The position numbers and the translations under genes are program-made. This document shows, in pieces, positions 58,356 to 64,000 of a stretch of DNA of 64,000 nt. Positions within the stretch are counted from its first letter, which is position 1; every line of letters starts with the position of its first letter. A model generated the notes under the pieces. It did no database searches. It was not told the origin of the DNA and was given only the letters and a program-made list of their open reading frames with translations. Source of the DNA: Acidobacteriota bacterium (GTDB taxonomy: Bacteria > Acidobacteriota > UBA6911); contig OY761556.1 of assembly GCA_963664705.1 (NCBI GenBank), forward strand, positions 6,368,001 through 6,432,000, read 5' to 3'.

Positions 58356-60320
58356 ATGAGAAGATTTCGTTTCGTTTTGCCCTTAGTGGCATTGCTGTTG
58401 ATTTTTCACTTCGTGCCTGCCCTGATCGCTCAGGATTCAAGCAATTCCAAGCCGTCGACGAGCGATAAATCCAATGAACACCAATACCAGCTTGAGGAGC
58501 TTGTAGTAACCGCAACCAAAGTGGAGACCCCCACAAAGGAAATTGGAAGTTCCATAACTGTTATTACAAGCCAAGAGATTGCGGAAAAGCAGCAGTCAAG
58601 CGTCCTCGATGTCCTGCGCTCCGTACCATCGCTGGATGTTGCTCGAAGTGGCGGTATGGGTCAGACAACTTCAGTATTCATGCGCGGCGCCGATTCCGAA
58701 CACACGCTGGTTCTCATAGACGGAGTCGAGATGAATGACCCCATTTCAGCCGGGCGTTCCTTTGATTTCGCAAACCTCACTACCGACAACATTGAGCGCA
58801 TTGAAATATTGCGCGGCCCGCAAAGCACTCTTTATGGATCCGACGCCATCGGCGGTGTAATCAACATCATCACAAAAACCGGAGAGGGCAAACCAAACGG
58901 GTTCTTTTCAGTTGAAGGTGGATCTTTTAAATCATTTAGGGAAGCTGGTGGGCTTAATGGAGGCAATCAACGAATCAAGTATTCCGTAGGCTTTTCTAGA
59001 CAGGATACTGATGGAATTTCCGCTGCCGGAGAAAAATACGGGAACTCCGAAAAGGATGGGTATGGAAACACTTCCGTTTCGGCGAAACTCGGTATAACGC
59101 CAGTTCATAATCTCAATGTTGACATAATTTTCAGGCGGATAGACGCCAAGGCAGACATAGATTCTATCGGAGGGCCTGGAGGTGACGACCCAAATGACAC
59201 CACCAGTTCCACTGAACACTATGTCAGAGCACAAACGAGACTTTCACTGTTTCACAATATCTGGGATCAGAAAATCGGGTTTTCGCTAACCAACAATAGC
59301 CGAACCTATAAAAATGAAACTGATGCAGCACATCCGTATGATAGCGATCACTCTTCCTACGATGGAAACATTTATAAGTTCGACTGGCAAAATAATTTCA
59401 ATATTCACCGGACGAATGTGCTGACAGCCGGATTGGAGACTGAACAGGAAAAAGGCAAATCGGATTATTATTCGACGAGTGCCTATGGACCCTACTCCAG
59501 TATCTTCCCGGAAAAAACAGCCCGCACCAACGGCTACTATCTTCAGGATCAGGTAAAATTGTGGGGATCGTGGTTTACCACTCTTGGAGTTCGGCTGGAT
59601 GACCATAGCAGGTTCGGTACAAAATCGACATACCACTTTGCATCCGCCTATGTTTTTGAGAAAACCGGAACAAAAATCAAGGGCAGCTATGGAACCGGAT
59701 TCAAAGCACCTTCGCTCTATCAGCTTTATTCCACCTACGGCGATGAAAATCTGAAGCCGGAAGAAAGCACAGGATGGGATCTTGGATTGGAGCAGTCGCT
59801 CGTTGGCCAAAGAGTAACAATCGATGCCACTTATTTTCACAACGATTTCGAAAACCTGGTGGATTTCAACAGCGCGACCTACAGGTACACGAACATCGCC
59901 AAAGCCAAGACGCAGGGAGTCGAATTATCTGCATCTATCCATGCAAGTGAATCACTGGTCCTCCGTGGAAGTTACACATATACGGATACGGAGGATAAGG
60001 ATACAGGGCTTGCGCTTCTTCGAAGGGCAAGAAATAAGGCCGGGCTCGACGCAAATTATCGGCTGTCGACAAAAGCAAATCTCAATTTGGGGGTTCACTA
60101 TGTGGGGAAAAGATCGGACGTTGATTATTCCGCCTATCCCTACCCGCGTGTAGAAATGCCGGGGTATGTGCTGGCAAACATAGCGGCTTCATATAATTTA
60201 ACAAGGAATTTTCAGGTTTTTTGTCGCATAGACAATCTTTTGAACCGCGACTATGAAGAGGTAAAGGGTTACGGGACGCCTGGAATTTCTGCGTTTGGCG
60301 GAATAAGGATCCCCTTTTAG
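58356..60320 (+). CDS. btuB: TonB-dependent cobalamin receptor
   Basis: TonB box ELVVTA, plug MRGADSEHTLVLIDG and IERIEILRGPQSTLYGSDAIGGVINI, FKAPSLYQLY, C-terminal NLLNRDYE...F. Confidence 0.93.
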   Translation: MRRFRFVLPLVALLLIFHFVPALIAQDSSNSKPSTSDKSNEHQYQLEELVVTATKVETPTKEIGSSITVITSQEIAEKQQSSVLDVLRSVPSLDVARSGGMGQTTSVFMRGADSEHTLVLIDGVEMNDPISAGRSFDFANLTTDNIERIEILRGPQSTLYGSDAIGGVINIITKTGEGKPNGFFSVEGGSFKSFREAGGLNGGNQRIKYSVGFSRQDTDGISAAGEKYGNSEKDGYGNTSVSAKLGITPVHNLNVDIIFRRIDAKADIDSIGGPGGDDPNDTTSSTEHYVRAQTRLSLFHNIWDQKIGFSLTNNSRTYKNETDAAHPYDSDHSSYDGNIYKFDWQNNFNIHRTNVLTAGLETEQEKGKSDYYSTSAYGPYSSIFPEKTARTNGYYLQDQVKLWGSWFTTLGVRLDDHSRFGTKSTYHFASAYVFEKTGTKIKGSYGTGFKAPSLYQLYSTYGDENLKPEESTGWDLGLEQSLVGQRVTIDATYFHNDFENLVDFNSATYRYTNIAKAKTQGVELSASIHASESLVLRGSYTYTDTEDKDTGLALLRRARNKAGLDANYRLSTKANLNLGVHYVGKRSDVDYSAYPYPRVEMPGYVLANIAASYNLTRNFQVFCRIDNLLNRDYEEVKGYGTPGISAFGGIRIPF

Positions 60321-60327
60321 CCGCAGA

Positions 60328-60402
60328 GATGGCCCCGCATTGCTATTCGCATTTGGCCGTGATTCACGGGCTTGGCGAGGCGGGAAGCAATGCGGGGCCA
60401 TC
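60328..60402 (+). repeat. Intergenic hairpin with a perfect 17-bp stem
   Basis: GATGGCCCCGCATTGCT...AGCAATGCGGGGCCATC; no U tract. Confidence 0.8.
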
Positions 60403-60423
60403 GTATCCCGGCATTTGTCGAAT

Positions 60424-61662
60424 ATGATGAAACAACCAAAACGCATGTGGTGCTTGTTGGCCGGTCTCTGGATGTTCGCAGCATGCGGAGGCTGCAGCAT
60501 CGTGAAGCATGGAGATTCTGAAGCCGAGGCGCCTCAATCCACCGCTTTAACTATTCCCCATCCAACTCTCGACCAGCATGCAAGTACCACCTCGATTCGA
60601 TACGCCAAGGGATTCACTCTGGAACAACGGCAGGGATACAGATTAATGCGGGTGCTTACTCCCTGGCGTGATGCGAAAACAACATTTTCCTATGCGCTTG
60701 TACGGCGCGGCGAAAAAATTCCTCAAATAGAGCCTGGTGCCGTCGTGGTAGAAACTCCGGTGCGCCATATTGTTTTGGCAAGCACAACCTTCATTGTTTA
60801 TTTCGCCATGCTTGGCTTGGAGGATTCCGTTGTCGGAATATCGGGATGCAAGATGGTCAACACGCCTTCAATTGCCGCCCGCATTCATGATGGACGAATT
60901 CTGGAGGTCGGCGACGGCAGCATGAGCGCAAAGAGTTTCAACATGGAGAGGTTGTTCAACCTTCAGCCCGATCTCCTCATGATTTATGGAACAGGCAATC
61001 CGGAATACGATCAACAGAACAAGCTTCAGGAAGCAGGCTTTCATGTAGCCGTCAATTCCGAATATATGGAGACAACGCCTCTCGGTCGAACGGAGTGGAT
61101 CAAGTTTATTGCGGCCTTTTTCAATAAGGATGCTGAGGCGGATCTCCTGTTCACAGATATCGTCGCACGATACGAGAAACTGGCTGAAAAGTCTCGCAAC
61201 GTTACAATGAGGCCGACGGTATTCTGCGGATCAAACTGGCGGGGTTCTTGGCATATGCCGGGGGGAAATAGTTATGTCGCAATGTTTCTCCGCGACGCCG
61301 GAGCAAGGTATCTCTGGAGCGATGATCAAAGCACGGGCAGCATGCCGCTGAATGTTGAATCCGTTATTGCGCGGGCGAAAGATGCTGATTTCTGGCTCAA
61401 TCCCGGCGTTCACCGCTCCAAAGAGGAGATAGCGGGAGAAGATGACCGTTATCCGGTATTTCGTGCTTTCCGAACCGGCCGTGTATTCAACAACAATGCA
61501 ATTGTGGATGCCGGAGGAGGCAACGACATCTGGGAAACAGGAATCGCGAATCCGGACAAAGTACTGGCGGACCTGATCAGCATATTTCACCCGGAGCTTC
61601 TGCCTGGCCATCAACGCACGTGGTTTTGGCAGCTTCCAGAAAAAGCAATCGAGCAGAAATGA
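60424..61662 (+). CDS. btuF: Cobalamin ABC substrate-binding lipoprotein (BtuF-like)
   Basis: YAKGF, EYMETTPLGRTEWIKF and PDKVLADLI.IFHP motifs; Cys-containing signal peptide. Confidence 0.85.
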   Translation: MMKQPKRMWCLLAGLWMFAACGGCSIVKHGDSEAEAPQSTALTIPHPTLDQHASTTSIRYAKGFTLEQRQGYRLMRVLTPWRDAKTTFSYALVRRGEKIPQIEPGAVVVETPVRHIVLASTTFIVYFAMLGLEDSVVGISGCKMVNTPSIAARIHDGRILEVGDGSMSAKSFNMERLFNLQPDLLMIYGTGNPEYDQQNKLQEAGFHVAVNSEYMETTPLGRTEWIKFIAAFFNKDAEADLLFTDIVARYEKLAEKSRNVTMRPTVFCGSNWRGSWHMPGGNSYVAMFLRDAGARYLWSDDQSTGSMPLNVESVIARAKDADFWLNPGVHRSKEEIAGEDDRYPVFRAFRTGRVFNNNAIVDAGGGNDIWETGIANPDKVLADLISIFHPELLPGHQRTWFWQLPEKAIEQK

Positions 61663-62738
61663 CAGCTACAAAGCATTCGGCAACACAGATCACACTATTT
61701 CCCCGTGTCCGTCCTGCCATATGGTTTGGCCTTATTTTATTGTTTGTGGCTGCTTTGGCATTGGAACTTGCGCTTGGGTCTCTCATGATCCCAATTAAAA
61801 GTGTAATTTCCATTTTGCTCGGAAGAAATGATGTTCCGGAGGGATGGCGGCAGATTGTTTTGCTTTTCCGCCTTCCGCGGGCTTTTACCGCTGCATTGGC
61901 GGGAGCAGCTTTGGGAATTGCCGGTTTGAAAATGCAAACTCTCTTTCGCAACCCTCTGGCCGATCCTTTTGTATTGGGCATAAGTTCCGGGGCCGGATTG
62001 GGTGTTGCATTAGTCGTTTTGGCAGCTGGAGGAATTGGATGGAAATCCATAGTGGCCAAGACAGGGCTTTTGGGAAATGCTTCCATAATCATTGCCGCAA
62101 TCGTGGGTGCCGCTATTGTGATGGGAATTGTGCTCGGAGTTGCGCGCAAGGTTGAAAACTCTCTGACATTGCTGATCGTCGGTTTGATGTTTGGCTACAT
62201 CTCCAGTTCTCTCGTCAATGTGCTCATGCAATTTTCTATGGAACATCAGATGCAAAGCTACATCACATGGACTTTCGGATCCTTTGCCGGTGTAACCTGG
62301 CGACAATTGGCCGTGTTTGCTCCTGTAGTGATTGTCGGAATTCTTCTGGCGTGGCTGCTGGCGAAACCGCTAAATGCTCTATTGTTGGGAGACAGCTACG
62401 CCCGCAGCATGGGAGTGCACGTCCAATACGTTCGCAATTTCATCATTATAGGAACTGCTTTGCTGGCCGGTTCGGTTACGGCATTTTGCGGCCCGATCGG
62501 ATTCCTGGGAATTGCTGTGCCGCACTTGAGCCGCATGCTTTTAAAAACCGGAGATCACCACACACTGGTCCCGGCAGTGATGTTACTGGGATCGGTACTG
62601 GCAATGCTGGCCGATATTATTTCGCAAGTGCCCGGCACGCAAATCTCCTTGCCTTTAAATTCCGTCACGGCTCTGATCGGCGCTCCCGTTGTTGTCGGAG
62701 TCATTCTCAGGCGACGCCACGTTATGGAGGCGGCATAA
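61659..62738 (+). CDS. btuC: Cobalamin ABC permease (BtuC/FecCD)
   Basis: RLPRA, MQTLFRNPLADPFVLGISSGA and GPIGFLGIAVPH motifs. Confidence 0.9.
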   Translation: MTATKHSATQITLFPRVRPAIWFGLILLFVAALALELALGSLMIPIKSVISILLGRNDVPEGWRQIVLLFRLPRAFTAALAGAALGIAGLKMQTLFRNPLADPFVLGISSGAGLGVALVVLAAGGIGWKSIVAKTGLLGNASIIIAAIVGAAIVMGIVLGVARKVENSLTLLIVGLMFGYISSSLVNVLMQFSMEHQMQSYITWTFGSFAGVTWRQLAVFAPVVIVGILLAWLLAKPLNALLLGDSYARSMGVHVQYVRNFIIIGTALLAGSVTAFCGPIGFLGIAVPHLSRMLLKTGDHHTLVPAVMLLGSVLAMLADIISQVPGTQISLPLNSVTALIGAPVVVGVILRRRHVMEAA

Positions 62739-63787
62739 TGACGGAATCCGCAGTTATTCATCTTGAAAATGTGACAATCGGATATCGGCAGCATAGGCAT
62801 CCGCAACGGATAGTGGCGAAGAATATTTCGGTCGCCTTAAACGCAGGAGAATTTGTTTGCCTTCTTGGGCCCAACGGTGCAGGAAAATCCACGCTGATTC
62901 GAACGATCTCAGGTATGCAACCGCCCCTGACTGGAGTGGTTAGACTCGATGGGAAACATCTATCATCCTATTCATCCCGAGAACTAGCTCAGCGCATGAG
63001 CCTTGTCCTGACTCAGCGCGCCGCTGTGGGAATGATGTCCGCGTCCACATTGGTATCTCTCGGTCGGCATCCCTATACCAGTTGGACTGGGAAACTCGGT
63101 GCCCATGATGTGGAAGCCGTTCAAGCAGCAATGGCTGCAGTTGGAATCGAAACACTGGCGCACCGTCCTGTTTGTGAACTGAGCGATGGAGAGCGACAAA
63201 AAGTGATGATCGCCCGCGCTCGGGCTCAGGATCCTCAGGTGATGATTCTAGATGAAGCAACAGCATTTCTTGATTTGCCGCGCCGCGTCGAATTCATGCA
63301 TTTGCTTCGTCGTCTTGCTCCTGCCGGTAAGCGGGCAATTCTTCTTTCGACGCATGATCTCGATCTGGCATTACGATGCGCAGATCGACTCTGGCTGCTT
63401 CCACCTGGCGGTCCCCTGCAACAAGGTGCGCCGGAAGATCTGGTGCTGACCGATGCTCTTGCATCTGCTTTCCGGGACGCTGAGGTGAAGTTTAATAAAG
63501 AGTCCGGTGCATTCCAGCATCGGCGCGGCGATCGGGGAAGTATTGCCCTGCATGGCGAAGATGTTCCGGCGATGTGGACCTATCGAGCACTGGAAAGAGC
63601 AGGCTATAGGGTTGTTGCTCCCGGTGAAGCACAAACCTGTGTTGAGGTCCGGCACGAAGGCGATTCGATTGTCTGGAATATCCGGGAGATAGACAGGTCC
63701 CGCTGCAATTCAGTTGAGGCATTGCTGGCGCAGCTGCGACTGATCGAGGTGAAAGGAACGGCGAATGCGTCTGGGCACCTACTATGA
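62738..63787 (+). CDS. btuD: Cobalamin ABC ATPase (BtuD/FepC)
   Basis: GPNGAGKST, LGRHPY, LSDGERQ, LDE and STHDL motifs; start at ATG 62738 after GGAGG. Confidence 0.9.
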   Translation: MTESAVIHLENVTIGYRQHRHPQRIVAKNISVALNAGEFVCLLGPNGAGKSTLIRTISGMQPPLTGVVRLDGKHLSSYSSRELAQRMSLVLTQRAAVGMMSASTLVSLGRHPYTSWTGKLGAHDVEAVQAAMAAVGIETLAHRPVCELSDGERQKVMIARARAQDPQVMILDEATAFLDLPRRVEFMHLLRRLAPAGKRAILLSTHDLDLALRCADRLWLLPPGGPLQQGAPEDLVLTDALASAFRDAEVKFNKESGAFQHRRGDRGSIALHGEDVPAMWTYRALERAGYRVVAPGEAQTCVEVRHEGDSIVWNIREIDRSRCNSVEALLAQLRLIEVKGTANASGHLL

Positions 63788-64000
63788 CGGTGTGGAATTA
63801 CATCGCGAAGATAAGATAGTTTATGCGCGGTTTTTGCTTCCGCACCGGGTGATATCTACTTGCCCGGCTGCAGGCGGACTGAGGGACAATCTCGTATACC
63901 TATACAATCATCAATCTTGCGAGCCGGCAGGACACAATCCGTCCATCCATCGCCTTGTTTCCCACGATCCTCAAACCTATCGGCGCCTGATTTGTCGTCA
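63765..64000 (+). CDS. 5' part of a second CbiZ-like amidohydrolase, truncated by the window edge
   Basis: MRLGTYYDGVELHREDKIVYARFLLPHRVISTCPAAGGLRDNLVYLYNHQSCEP; HRVIST...GG...NHQ is a CbiZ N-terminal pattern. Confidence 0.62.
   Translation, partial: MRLGTYYDGVELHREDKIVYARFLLPHRVISTCPAAGGLRDNLVYLYNHQSCEPAGHNPSIHRLVSHDPQTYRRLICR

Overview
Bacterial DNA of roughly 50% GC from a diderm (TonB-dependent receptors, TolC). An anaerobe of Acidobacteriota or Deltaproteobacteria type is plausible but cannot be proven from this window. The window is an accessory, ion- and cofactor-sensing region with nine recognisable riboswitches. From left to right it contains: (i) an orphan ABC-2 exporter; (ii) an M-box-controlled NRAMP-related Mg2+ transporter; (iii) an AbiE toxin-antitoxin pair; (iv) a NikR-controlled TonB receptor/ABC/methyltransferase operon with two NikR operators; (v) def and an RND efflux system; (vi) a locus with three fluoride riboswitches driving two divergent dynamin-like GTPases, enolase, an MFS transporter, a metallophosphoesterase, DUF190, a cation/H+ antiporter, a USP and an ATPase, with no Fluc or CLC-F exporter in the window; (vii) a tRNA-Met 3' fragment (att-like) next to parA and a Rep-like gene with internal palindromic 18-bp iterons, an AT-rich tract and a DnaA box, with two decayed copies of this module about 30-35 kb away; (viii) a second AbiE pair plus an extra nucleotidyltransferase; (ix) a 26-kb cobamide salvage/remodelling cluster with five cobalamin riboswitches. 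The cobamide cluster includes a nitrogenase-like NifH-NifD fusion plus a NifK-like partner at the head of the late cob operon, and a nitrilase/CbiR-like/CblS-like operon. The best candidates for undescribed systems are the B12-regulated nitrogenase-like reductase, the fluoride-regulated dynamin pair and the nitrilase-containing remodelling operon. All family assignments were made by eye from motifs; no searches were run.
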